Virus record (IMG/VR): IMGVR_UViG_2511231141_000002
Source: a virus
Strand: one strand, 5' to 3'
DNA length: 64,000 nt
Part shown: piece by piece, positions 21,012-30,235 of the stretch
How positions within the stretch are numbered: position 1 is the stretch's first letter
Layout: every line of letters begins with the position of its first letter
Translations under genes and position numbers: made by a program
The notes under the pieces: generated by a model
What the model was told of the DNA's origin: nothing
Databases searched by the model: none
What the model saw: only the letters and a program-made list of their open reading frames with translations

Positions 21012-21424
21012 AGGCTTTTCGCCTCGCGCATGACATCTTGCAATTCACATTCCGAAAAAGAGCGTTTCGACACGACATGTACGTCACAATCTAGAAGTTC
21101 CGACAACTCTTCGCGAAGAGCACTCAAATCAAGAAGCGTTGCCCCTTCCTGAAATTCGGCCAGAAAATCCACATCGCTGTACTCGTCGGCTTCCCCCCGA
21201 GCGACAGAACCGAACACCCAGAGGTTTTGAACACGATGGCGACGTGCGATATCGAGAATAGAGTCCTTGAGGGGCTTCAGTTTCTTCATTGTCCATACTG
21301 GACATTCGGATTGGAATATGTTTCTTCCTTTCTGTAACGCTTCATAATATCGGCGCGTCTTGAACAGGTCTGAAATTGGAATGACATCTAGAAGACAATG
21401 TATATCCTCTCGAACTGAACTCAT
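21008..21424 (-). CDS. MNT nucleotidyltransferase antitoxin
   Basis: VFGSVARGEADEYSDVDFL motif; start uncertain. Confidence 0.9.
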   Translation of the reverse strand: MSSVREDIHCLLDVIPISDLFKTRRYYEALQKGRNIFQSECPVWTMKKLKPLKDSILDIARRHRVQNLWVFGSVARGEADEYSDVDFLAEFQEGATLLDLSALREELSELLDCDVHVVSKRSFSECELQDVMREAKSL

Positions 21425-21494
21425 AAACTCGACCCCCATGGAATCGTTTAACACCCGCCTGTGCTCGCCAGCAGTTGCGGCCTTTGCGCATCGA

Positions 21495-22322
21495 TCAAGT
21501 CTCCCCTCGGACGCGCCTCAGCACCTCCTGCGCTTCTTGCTCTGAAAGCCCTGTCAACTCCACTACATCCGCGATTGACGCGCCTTTGCGGAACATCCGC
21601 TCGGCGATTTCGCGATCTCTTTCACGCCGAGCACGATTTTGAGCCTCTTCAACAATTTCCTTCAGCAGTTCCGTCATCTCCAACACCCTCCTTAAACGCG
21701 CTTTTTGCTCATCTGCTAAAATTCGTCCGCTGAATCCCAGAATGAGCGCCGCCAAATCGTTCTGCTCATGTCGATCCGGAATGCTCTGCACGGTCTCGAC
21801 AATCTCCTCAAACGCCTCATCCCGCGTCCTTCGCTCAAACCGCATATGGAACGCAAAGGCTAGACGCACGCGGTCTTCCGCCGTCCACTCATGCACGGCC
21901 AAGTGTCGTTTGACCGTATCTAACGCTCCGTCGCCGTCCAGCCGATTCAAATACACGTTTTCCACAGCGTAGCGAAAACTACCCGCATCCAACTCCGACG
22001 GCGCACTCTTGACATCGCCCGTGTAGAGAACGACGGTGCGAATCGGACGCCGATAGCGTTCCGCGATCGCGACGTCGTACGCTGCAAACCGATACAGATT
22101 CGGCTCGCGCGTGGTCTGAAACTCCAGATGCAAGAGCCGACCGTCGGCGAGTTCCAGCATGATATCCGTGAACTCCTGCCGCACTTCGACCTTCGGAATC
22201 TCCGTTGGAACCGCGCGCACGACGTTTGCATGGGTGATACCGATCACCGACAGCACATCGCCTGGCAACGCGTTCGTCAGATGCTTCGCGACAATATCAT
22301 TCGCGTTCCTCGCTAGTTTCAT
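21495..22322 (-). CDS. Rpn/YhgA-like PD-(D/E)XK nuclease
   Basis: TDIMLEL...HLEFQT motif; internal AAGGAGG RBS and ATG at 21677. Confidence 0.85.
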   Translation of the reverse strand: MKLARNANDIVAKHLTNALPGDVLSVIGITHANVVRAVPTEIPKVEVRQEFTDIMLELADGRLLHLEFQTTREPNLYRFAAYDVAIAERYRRPIRTVVLYTGDVKSAPSELDAGSFRYAVENVYLNRLDGDGALDTVKRHLAVHEWTAEDRVRLAFAFHMRFERRTRDEAFEEIVETVQSIPDRHEQNDLAALILGFSGRILADEQKARLRRVLEMTELLKEIVEEAQNRARRERDREIAERMFRKGASIADVVELTGLSEQEAQEVLRRVRGET

Positions 22323-22380
22323 CGTGACCTCCGTTTGTCTTCAGTATACTGCCGCTCTGTGCGAGCGGCCAACTGTTCTT

Positions 22381-23183
22381 TCACCACGGTACTCGCGCTT
22401 CTTGGAGATACGCCCGGATCTTTGGCACCTGCCACTCCCTCTTCGGCGAGTCCACAATCACCACGCGCTCGTCATTGAGACAAAACGCCGCCAGTCCGAT
22501 CTCGTTTGCCGTCCCGAGGTCGATGTGCACGCGGTCTGGACGAATCACAGGTTCTCCAATTCGTCCGAATAAGAACGTCTCACAATGCCCGACCACCAGT
22601 CGTTTGCCCATTCGCGCCACAGTTGGGATTTCACCTGGATAGTCCACAAAGCCGCGAGTGACCCAGGTTAACGTGTCGATGTCCTGCTCTTCGAACGGAC
22701 GATTCGGATCCACGCCTGCATGGACAATCAGATAGTCGCCAATCACAATGGCGTGCGGCAACGACGCCAGGTACTCCAGCCACTCTTGCGCAGGGAACTG
22801 CCCAAACCGAAACTGGCACAAGGTCGCCATCTGCCCATTTTCCCAGAAGGCACAGGTCCTAGTTGGAGAGTCCCATTTAGGATTCAATTCACCGGACTCG
22901 TCGTACGGGAGACCGTGCTCTGCCCAAAAGTTCATCCACATGTCCTCGTGATTGCCTCGGACGGCGTACCCGTTCTTCTCAAACCAGTGCACTACAGCAG
23001 GCGAATTTTCGCCCCGATTGACCAGATCGCCGACGCTCACAATCACATGAGTCTCAGGCCGATAGTCGATTCGCTCCAACAGTTCCGCGAACATGTCCCA
23101 ATAGCCATGGATGTCGCCGACAACCCAAACTTCCTTGTGCCTGCTTGCGATGTAAGGTCGAGAACCCGAAACCTCATGCGCAC
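22381..23183 (-). CDS. Calcineurin-like metallophosphoesterase (PrpA/ApaH-like); 5' end frameshifted
   Basis: GDIHG, GDLVNRG, RGNHE, VHAG, GHC motifs. Confidence 0.88.
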
Positions 23184-23340
23184 GATCACACCTTTCATTT
23201 CACAAAACGTTCACAAATCGACCTCACTGCCCCGTCCGATTCCTTGTTGTCATTGCAATGAAGTCCATAGAAGGACATGGCGGATGATGCCACATTTCGG
23301 CTTCCTCCTACGTCCATCTAGGCAAAGCGAGGCGATCGGC

Positions 23341-23661
23341 ATGACGCCAAACGCTTTCACACCGTCGTCACTTCACACAATTGCAGGGGCGGCAATGGCC
23401 ACCTTGCTTCTGACACAGATGGCTCATCGCCTGCCCGGACTCAAACAGTTGCCTGACTACTGGCTTGACGTCGGTTTTGGAGAGTTGGTCTTTGGTCTCT
23501 CCTCACCGGTGTTGCCATCGGGTGTCGCCGCTTGGGTTGCCCTGTTGCTCAACGGTCTCCTGGTCGCTGCCGTTGCCACCGGCAGTGTACATCTCGTGTC
23601 GTCATCCATTTTATTACAGGAGACGATCCAGCGTGACGATCACAAGTACACGAGCAGATAA
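23341..23661 (+). CDS. Holin-like membrane protein (possibly degenerate)
   Basis: FT..SL.TIAGAAMATLLLTQ...LLNGLLVAAVATG resembles Bacillales phage holins. Confidence 0.45.
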   Translation: MTPNAFTPSSLHTIAGAAMATLLLTQMAHRLPGLKQLPDYWLDVGFGELVFGLSSPVLPSGVAAWVALLLNGLLVAAVATGSVHLVSSSILLQETIQRDDHKYTSR

Positions 23662-24025
23662 CGTTACTTATGCGCTGGTCTTGACTCTGAAGGCGATTGC
23701 GCGTAATCAGGCTCGAAGCCACGCGCGCAGATACCGACGATGGCAACGCGAGCAGTGGTTGCATCCGGAACACAACGAAGACGTCGAAGAAGATTGGATG
23801 GAACGTCAACCTTGTCCTGATGCGCACCGAGCCTTCGATGACGCGGATGTCCGATTGATGATTGATCAGTTGCCGTCGCCGGAACACGAGGTTCTGTTCG
23901 ACCTCATTGTGTTGGGCTGGTCTCAAGCCGAGGTTGCTCGACAACTTCGCCTCACGCCTCGGCGTGTGCGCCAGATTCGACAACGAGGTCTCGACACGCT
24001 ACGAAAAGGCTGGTTGGAACCATGA
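23633..24025 (+). CDS. Sigma-70 region-4-only protein (SigO/YvrI-like subunit)
   Basis: IDQLPSPEHEVL...WSQAEVARQL..TPRRVRQ HTH; no region 2. Confidence 0.7.
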   Translation: MTITSTRADNVTYALVLTLKAIARNQARSHARRYRRWQREQWLHPEHNEDVEEDWMERQPCPDAHRAFDDADVRLMIDQLPSPEHEVLFDLIVLGWSQAEVARQLRLTPRRVRQIRQRGLDTLRKGWLEP

Positions 24026-24216
24026 ATTTACCCGACGACCTCTTGCAACAGTTGCAAGAGATGGATGCCGAAACTTTCGAACGGTTGTTAGCTAGTTTGG
24101 AACCAACCATCCGCGGGGAGAGCCGTGCACGCGCACCTGGCTGGCAAGATGACCTGGCCCAGGACGTTCGCATGGCCCTCTACCGCTGGTGGCTTCGACA
24201 TCGGGGCGAGGCGTGA
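24022..24216 (+). CDS. Sigma region-2-like small protein (RsoA/YvrHa-like)
   Basis: FERLLASLEPTI...QDDLAQDVRMAL. Confidence 0.6.
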   Translation: MNLPDDLLQQLQEMDAETFERLLASLEPTIRGESRARAPGWQDDLAQDVRMALYRWWLRHRGEA

Positions 24217-24255
24217 ACCTCGTCCCGAACCCAATCTGTGAAAGGGTGAATCTTC

Positions 24256-24453
24256 ATGATCTGCAAAGAACGATTGATTGACGCGTTAACTCAAACCCAC
24301 CGCGCACTTCTCGCGTACGTCGAGTGCGTCGACTTGTGTGAGACGGAGGAAGAACGCGAACGCTTGACGGAAATTGCGACTATTCTCGCGGAACAGGCTA
24401 GACGGATTCAGGAGGAATTGCTGGATCACGTCCCGAGCAAATATCAGGCATGA
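24256..24453 (+). CDS. Hypothetical helical protein
   Basis: AAAGGGTG RBS; stop overlaps the next start. Confidence 0.6.
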   Translation: MICKERLIDALTQTHRALLAYVECVDLCETEEERERLTEIATILAEQARRIQEELLDHVPSKYQA

Positions 24454-24842
24454 CAAAAGGAGCGTCACAAGGAATGACAGCTTACACGCCAGAGCAAGAA
24501 ATCGCGTGGATCCGAAAAATCATCCACAACGCGGTCATAGACGAGTATCGACGCTGGAAACGCTGGAACCGAGAGTTGCTGATTCTTAACGCTCCCCGAG
24601 ACTACGAAGAGGATGACGAACTGATCGAGACGATTGCCGCACAGAAAACGTCGGAGGACAACATTGAGCTCCATTGGCTAGTCGAGCAATTGCCAGCAAG
24701 GGAACGTGCCGTGATTCGCGCGTTATACTTTGAAGGTTTGAGTCAGCGAGAAGTGGCGAACCGAATGAACCTGAGTCAGAAAATGGTGAGCAAGCTTCAT
24801 CGATCTGCACTTCGAAACCTTAAGGAGTCGATTAGCACATGA
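24450..24842 (+). CDS. Second sigma-70 region-4-only protein
   Basis: LPARERAVIRALYFEGLSQREVANRMNLSQKMVS. Confidence 0.78.
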   Translation: MTKGASQGMTAYTPEQEIAWIRKIIHNAVIDEYRRWKRWNRELLILNAPRDYEEDDELIETIAAQKTSEDNIELHWLVEQLPARERAVIRALYFEGLSQREVANRMNLSQKMVSKLHRSALRNLKESIST

Positions 24843-25128
24843 GATGCACCAGTGAGTCTGTTCACAACTTTTTAGAAACCGTACGAAAAAGAGACCTCAG
24901 GACTTGGTCTCTACGCATGCTTTTCCGATGAGATAAGGTGTCAGTGCTGAGTATCTCGAGATGACTGGCAACAAGAAGTGTGCCTCCGCTTGCTCGTACG
25001 AGCTACGAAGATAATTTACAACGATGGTACTCAAAATGGCATGTCAGAACGTTATTAAGCAGTAGAGGGATAAATCAGAAGGTCCCTTGCTCGAACAGGG
25101 CATAATCACGGTTTGAGGAGGAATCAGA

Positions 25129-25695
25129 ATGGCATCTACAACACCAGTAATCACAAGGTTGGATTTTACAGAAATCGAACAGATTCAAAGCGCACTGGCT
25201 ATTCAAAAGTTACCAGATGGCACCCAAGATCAGCTGATTAAATATTGCAACCAATGTAAGATCGACTTTTCGCGTCCATTGTACTCCAAATTAGCGTCCG
25301 ACTCAGGCAACATTTACTATGTTTCTTATCCTATTGACGGAGCTCCAGATAGTTACCTTATCCTTACACTCGATTCAGAACTACAGATACAAGGATACCA
25401 GTTAATCTTAACAGAAAAGATCGATTCAGACGAATATCATGTATTGATGATTGACAATGGAAAAGTGATGCTCGACACCAGTATTAGCCGCCCTGAAATA
25501 TCGTCAAGTTCAAAAACTCCGGAACAAGGCCAATTCAAACCCCACATAGACTGGAACTCTGTCTTTTGCAGCCTTGTTATGTATGCAGCAGGAACGTATT
25601 CATGCACCGCGCTGTCTTTAATTAACCCTGCGGTTGGTGTAATTTGTTCCGCGATTTACGGCATCGGTGGTTCATTTGCCTGCGGAACCGTCTAA
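25129..25695 (+). CDS. Halocin C8-like bacteriocin precursor candidate
   Basis: Hydrophilic N-domain plus a 4-Cys Gly/Ala-rich hydrophobic C-terminus (DWNSVFC...ACGTV). Confidence 0.6.
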   Translation: MASTTPVITRLDFTEIEQIQSALAIQKLPDGTQDQLIKYCNQCKIDFSRPLYSKLASDSGNIYYVSYPIDGAPDSYLILTLDSELQIQGYQLILTEKIDSDEYHVLMIDNGKVMLDTSISRPEISSSSKTPEQGQFKPHIDWNSVFCSLVMYAAGTYSCTALSLINPAVGVICSAIYGIGGSFACGTV

Positions 25696-25717
25696 CATTT
25701 AATCCATACTTAGCTCA

Positions 25718-25765
25718 CACGAATGAATCGCGACCATTCTCTTCTCTTGTCGCGATTCATTCGTG
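25718..25765. terminator. Bidirectional terminator
   Basis: 17-bp inverted repeat CACGAATGAATCGCGAC between convergent genes. Confidence 0.7.
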
Positions 25766-25984
25766 TTCTCTATTTTCCCTTTCCTGCCCTGTGTCAACTA
25801 GTAGTCCATAACAAAGCGAAATAATAATCGCAGAAGCACACAGCACTAATGAGACAAATGGAATCACGTGTTTCCACAAAACGTAAACAAACAAAGAAGA
25901 TAATCCATATATTACATTAAGGATCACAAAATACATAACTGCTTTATTTCTAAACGCTCTCACCATTTTCTTCCCTCCAAACAC
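25757..25984 (-). CDS. Small 2-TM membrane protein (possible immunity)
   Basis: GGAGGG RBS; upstream TTGACA...CATAAT promoter-like sequence. Confidence 0.6.
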   Translation of the reverse strand: MFGGKKMVRAFRNKAVMYFVILNVIYGLSSLFVYVLWKHVIPFVSLVLCASAIIISLCYGLLVDTGQERENREHE

Positions 25985-26268
25985 CCGTTTTCTGTTCCAT
26001 ATTATGCATCGAACAGTTGATTGGTTGTCAACAGTGGACAGTACCCAAAAACTCGCGCCAGATTCCCAAAATCATCGCGATTCGTTCCCCGCACATACGT
26101 TCGCTTCGCCTCGTGTTCCCTACAATGCGTGCGCAACGCCAACTCGTAGCCCACATTTCGCGCCCGTTTTTCGGAATTGTGTTCATTTTCGAGCCGGAGC
26201 CTCTGCGGGCATGATTCCGCGTCATTTGGGACGTCATTGCGTTTTTCTACACTTTTATCGGCAATTTG

Positions 26269-26517
26269 CTATTCCCTCTTCGGGGAGTCCACCTTCAATC
26301 CCGCCGTAATGGCTACAATCGCGGCAATCGTCATCCCAAAACTCCCGCTCCAGAGTAGCAAATGAACAGCCGGAGGCAACGAGCGAATCCCCACGGACAC
26401 TATCATCATCGACGAGCCCAACAACAGAAATGAAACTCCGATCTTGCGTCTCTTCGACACGATTCGCACCTTCTTAAACCGCCTTAAGCGAACTGTTATC
26501 GCGTTGAGTTGGTTCAT
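26269..26517 (-). CDS. Small membrane protein
   Basis: Basic N-terminus followed by two TM segments. Confidence 0.55.
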   Translation of the reverse strand: MNQLNAITVRLRRFKKVRIVSKRRKIGVSFLLLGSSMMIVSVGIRSLPPAVHLLLWSGSFGMTIAAIVAITAGLKVDSPKRE

Positions 26518-26538
26518 ATCGCGACAGCTTCCCTGCCG

Positions 26539-27522
26539 TCAGGGGCTTATTTGCTGAATGTTCCTTAGCACGGTTAGAAGGACGCCCTTCTCATTCAATT
26601 GCCACACCGAGGTTCCTTTTTGCCAAACCGCATGGACGTTAAAGATGTTTGTGGATTCATCGTTCTGCGTAATCACGACCAATCCTCTCGTGCGGACATC
26701 GGCTAACGCACTATCCTGAATGTCCATGACGATTGACTTTAACGTGTCTTGCGTAGTCGATGGTGCACTATAGAGTTTAACGATAAAAGTCCAATCTCCT
26801 TCATTCCACTCATAAGCACTCTGCCCAGCTCCACCTTTGAATTGGGCCTTTACACCCGGTGCGATGGAGACTGGAGGATTTTGAGAAGTCCCTCCCCAGT
26901 ATGATGCCTCAAGCTTTTGGATATCAGCAACAGCGGCCGATTCGCTTGAAAATCGCATCTGAGACACGGTATACGATTTCGACTGATTCGAAGAAGACGT
27001 GGGGTTTGGCGCATTCAAGGACAATTGTTCACCATTCCAAGCGACTTCGCCTCCAGCGGCCTGCACTGCCTCCATCACGTAATACACTGGCGCATACGTC
27101 GTTTCTGAATGGCCCCACGGATCCTTCGCCACAAGCTTCGGCGCGATTTCGACTTCTTTGCCGTCGATCACCAACTCCATCTCCGAAGCCGTTGGCATCT
27201 TGTCGATGGTGTTCTTCACGTCGGCGCGCCATGAGCTTGGTGTCGCCATGGTCCACACACGACCGTTCCATGTGCTTTGGACCCCCAATTTGGATAAAGC
27301 TGTTTCCAGGTACCAAATGGGCAACCAACTCGTTTTCTCATGCGAAAACGGATCCACCGCAACGATGTACTCGACGTGACTTACGACTTGTCCATTCGCC
27401 TCAATCACCGTTGGAGACCATATCGATGATGAGGCGTTCGCCCAAACCACAGGGGTTGCTACGAGCGTCCCCAATACGATGCCTACACCCATGGCGCTTC
27501 TCGTCCATGCCTTTCTTGTCAT
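26539..27522 (-). CDS. Secreted/cell-surface protein
   Basis: Signal peptide; internal repeat AVDPFSH..TSWLPIWY / AKDPWGH..TTYAPVYY. Confidence 0.75.
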   Translation of the reverse strand: MTRKAWTRSAMGVGIVLGTLVATPVVWANASSSIWSPTVIEANGQVVSHVEYIVAVDPFSHEKTSWLPIWYLETALSKLGVQSTWNGRVWTMATPSSWRADVKNTIDKMPTASEMELVIDGKEVEIAPKLVAKDPWGHSETTYAPVYYVMEAVQAAGGEVAWNGEQLSLNAPNPTSSSNQSKSYTVSQMRFSSESAAVADIQKLEASYWGGTSQNPPVSIAPGVKAQFKGGAGQSAYEWNEGDWTFIVKLYSAPSTTQDTLKSIVMDIQDSALADVRTRGLVVITQNDESTNIFNVHAVWQKGTSVWQLNEKGVLLTVLRNIQQISP

Positions 27523-27773
27523 CGCTGCTTCATCCCCTTCGTAAAATATGCTTAGTCTTCACAATGAAGACGCATCAGTTCCGTTCTCTGTGACATCCAT
27601 ATTCTGCAATACCGACTTCAAAGAGATCGCAAAGAGCATCATGTGGATACGCCAATTGGCTCATGATTGAGGCGTCAACCTATGCGCAAACGCACCCTAG
27701 GCACATCAATCGGGCATCGGGCGAGGGGGCGCCGGGATTGTCGTCGACCTCCAGACTCGATATACTCTACACA

Positions 27774-27787
27774 GGAACATACGTTCG
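27774..27787 (+). promoter_or_regulatory. LexA (SOS/Cheo) box
   Basis: GGAAC-ATAC-GTTCG directly upstream of the polY operon. Confidence 0.85.
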
Positions 27788-27802
27788 TATCTGAGGTGCC
27801 CT

Positions 27803-28060
27803 ATGAACCGACCGACCGCTCTTCTTCGGCAACTCCTCATCCTTGAACTCATCCAATCGCACATCAACCGCGAACTTTCGCGACTCAAGGCACAGATGCG
27901 CGCGGACGGCTTGCACATCATCGAGCGCCAGGACGGGAACATGGACGTCCGTGTCGAGTTCTGCATCGGTGACCGCTACGACGAAGCGGTCTTCATGCGC
28001 AAGATGCTCGAGGCCGAAGCCGCGAATCGCGCCAGACGGACGGGAATGATCTCGCGATGA
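27803..28060 (+). CDS. Small protein heading the SOS mutagenesis operon
   Basis: GAGGTG RBS; stop overlaps the polymerase start. Confidence 0.75.
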   Translation: MNRPTALLRQLLILELIQSHINRELSRLKAQMRADGLHIIERQDGNMDVRVEFCIGDRYDEAVFMRKMLEAEAANRARRTGMISR

Positions 28061-29313
28061 CTAAGCTCATCTACGGCCTGGTGGATATGCAGAGCTTCTA
28101 CGCCTCGTGTGAGGTGGCGAGCCGCGAGGAGTACGCGGCCCGGCGCAAGGAGTTCGATGACTCCACCGACCCACCGCTTGTCGTATCCGGTGATCCGGCC
28201 AGGCGTTCGGGCATTATCCTCGCCGCGACGCCGACGGCGAAGCGATACGGTGTGGAGAATGCGATGCGCTTGGGAGAAGCGCTCCGGCTGTACCCACGAC
28301 TCATCGTCGTACGACCGCACATGGCCTTTTACCTGCACGTGTCGGTTCGAATTCAGATGCTCATGCAGCAATGCTTCCCATTCCAAGAGCAGTTCTCGGT
28401 CGACGAGGGCTTCATCGCGTTCCCGTACCCATCAAACTTGTTCCCCGACCCGATCGCGGCGGCACGTAACCTCCAAGCGCGCATCTGGGACCAGTTTCGC
28501 ATCCGCGCGCGCAATGGGCTGGCGCCGAACAAGTGGCTCGCGAAGATGGCGAACAAAGCCGCCAAGAAGACGCCTGGTGGCATCGTGTGGTGGCGGGAAG
28601 AGGACATTCCGACGGTGCTCCATCCTTTGCCCGTCGAGGAGATGTGGGGCCTGAAACGGCGGGCGGAAGTCCTACGGCACAAGTTCAAGTGCGAGACAAT
28701 TGGCGACGTCGCGCGCCTGCCCGTCGGGGTGCTCAAGGCTGAGTTTGGCGTGTGGGGCGAAGTCATTCACCGTTGGGCGAACGGGATCGACGTGAGCGAC
28801 ATCAACCCGCATAGTTACCGCACGCCGCACAAGGGCTTCTCCCATCGCACGACGCTGCCGCGGGACTTCTACGAGCGCAGTGACATCGCGGTCGTCATCC
28901 TGGAGTTGCTGGACGAAGTGTGTCATCGTCTCCGGCAGGCGCATCAAGCCGGTCGGCGTGTGGGACTTGGCCTCACCTACGAGGGATTGACAGGCGGGTT
29001 TTACCGTGCAAAGACCTTGCCCCGCGCCACAAACGATCCGGGCGAGCTGTATCCTGTGCTCCTGGCGCTACTGGACCAACACTGGGACGGTTCCGGTGTG
29101 CGCGCCGTGTCGGTGAGCGTGGACATGCTACAGTTCCGTGAGAGCGTCCAGTTGTCACTGTTCGAGAACGTGCCGGCGCAGACACGGTTGTACGAGACGG
29201 TGGACGAGATCCGCGCACGCTTTGGCGAGACGTCGATCATGCGCGCGGTGAGCCTGACACGCGCTGGGCAACTGCGTGAACGGAGTCTGCGAATCGGAGG
29301 TCACTACGCATGA
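28057..29313 (+). CDS. Y-family DNA polymerase (UvrX/YqjW/UmuC-like)
   Basis: VDMQSFYASCE, QFSVDEGF, APNKWLAKMA motifs. Confidence 0.95.
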   Translation: MTKLIYGLVDMQSFYASCEVASREEYAARRKEFDDSTDPPLVVSGDPARRSGIILAATPTAKRYGVENAMRLGEALRLYPRLIVVRPHMAFYLHVSVRIQMLMQQCFPFQEQFSVDEGFIAFPYPSNLFPDPIAAARNLQARIWDQFRIRARNGLAPNKWLAKMANKAAKKTPGGIVWWREEDIPTVLHPLPVEEMWGLKRRAEVLRHKFKCETIGDVARLPVGVLKAEFGVWGEVIHRWANGIDVSDINPHSYRTPHKGFSHRTTLPRDFYERSDIAVVILELLDEVCHRLRQAHQAGRRVGLGLTYEGLTGGFYRAKTLPRATNDPGELYPVLLALLDQHWDGSGVRAVSVSVDMLQFRESVQLSLFENVPAQTRLYETVDEIRARFGETSIMRAVSLTRAGQLRERSLRIGGHYA

Positions 29314-29628
29314 ACATCCGGGACGGAAACATCTTCGAGGCCATGCGACTGGTGCTGCCCGAGCATCGGGAACTTATGGCGAAAATCCAGCGTGAACGAG
29401 CGAAACGCAAGCGCCCGGTGCTCGCCGAGGAACGCTTGGACGAAATGCAGTATGTGCTCAGCGAAGCAATTCGCGAGAGGCGCGCCGTGCGGATGACGGT
29501 ATTCATGCCGGAACGCGATGTGGTGCTGATGGGCCGCGTGTCGGTGTGCGGACGGGAACTTCGTGTGAGAACCACCGACGGCGAGCGAGCAAGTCGTGAG
29601 ATTGGACGACGTGATCGAGATCGAATGA
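29310..29628 (+). CDS. YolD-like protein (UmuD analogue); 3' end shifted by an apparent 4-nt duplication
   Basis: MRLVLPEHRE, LAEERLDEM; VVRLDDVIEIE* lies in another frame after GCGAGCGAG. Confidence 0.8.
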
Positions 29629-29769
29629 GAATTGCTACAGGAAGCGGCGCATGCCTGTGGATAAGTCCGACAAGCCGCGCCGCGATTGGGTTCCAGTTTC
29701 GTCCATGAGTCTACATGCTCGATCCAACTGTCGAAGCCGGGTTTTAATGAACATATATGGATCTCTTCC

Positions 29770-30046
29770 TCACATGCGATCGCCCATATGAAACCCAGCA
29801 ATTCTCGTGCTACCGCAGTGATTGCAACATTGTGAGACTTGCCTCGCTCCGCTGTTCTTCGGCCTGGTATGAATCGTCGTCATCCCTAAGCAATTGAAGA
29901 GATCTCCATCCGGCTTCCCCTGGAAAGACCGCCAGTCCATGAAACTCGCCGAGGGCACCCATCATGGAACAATAGCGGATCTCCGCGGTATCAGGATCCT
30001 CGGCGGCGAACAGGGCATCATCATGCTTCCATTGCCACGGAGCCAA
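29770..30046 (-). pseudogene. Remnant of a conserved hypothetical gene (APWQW...YCSMMG.LGE..GLAV)
   Basis: Recognisable family fragment, broken into pieces. Confidence 0.45.
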
Positions 30047-30184
30047 GTGACGGAGCTAAATAGCGGCAACATAGAGTTCCTGCCATTCGCTCAACGTAGG
30101 TGCGTTTGAAATGATGAAACCCTCCTTGCATATGATTCCTTGACAGAACAACATCACGTTTGGCCTTGGCCACGCCAAAACCAA

Positions 30185-30235
30185 CGATTCTCATGACAAA
30201 AGAGGGCCACACGCCCCCTTTGTCATGAGAATCGT
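30185..30235 (-). terminator. Long hairpin terminator downstream of the peptidase
   Basis: ACGATTCTCATGACAAA / TTTGTCATGAGAATCGT inverted repeat. Confidence 0.7.
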
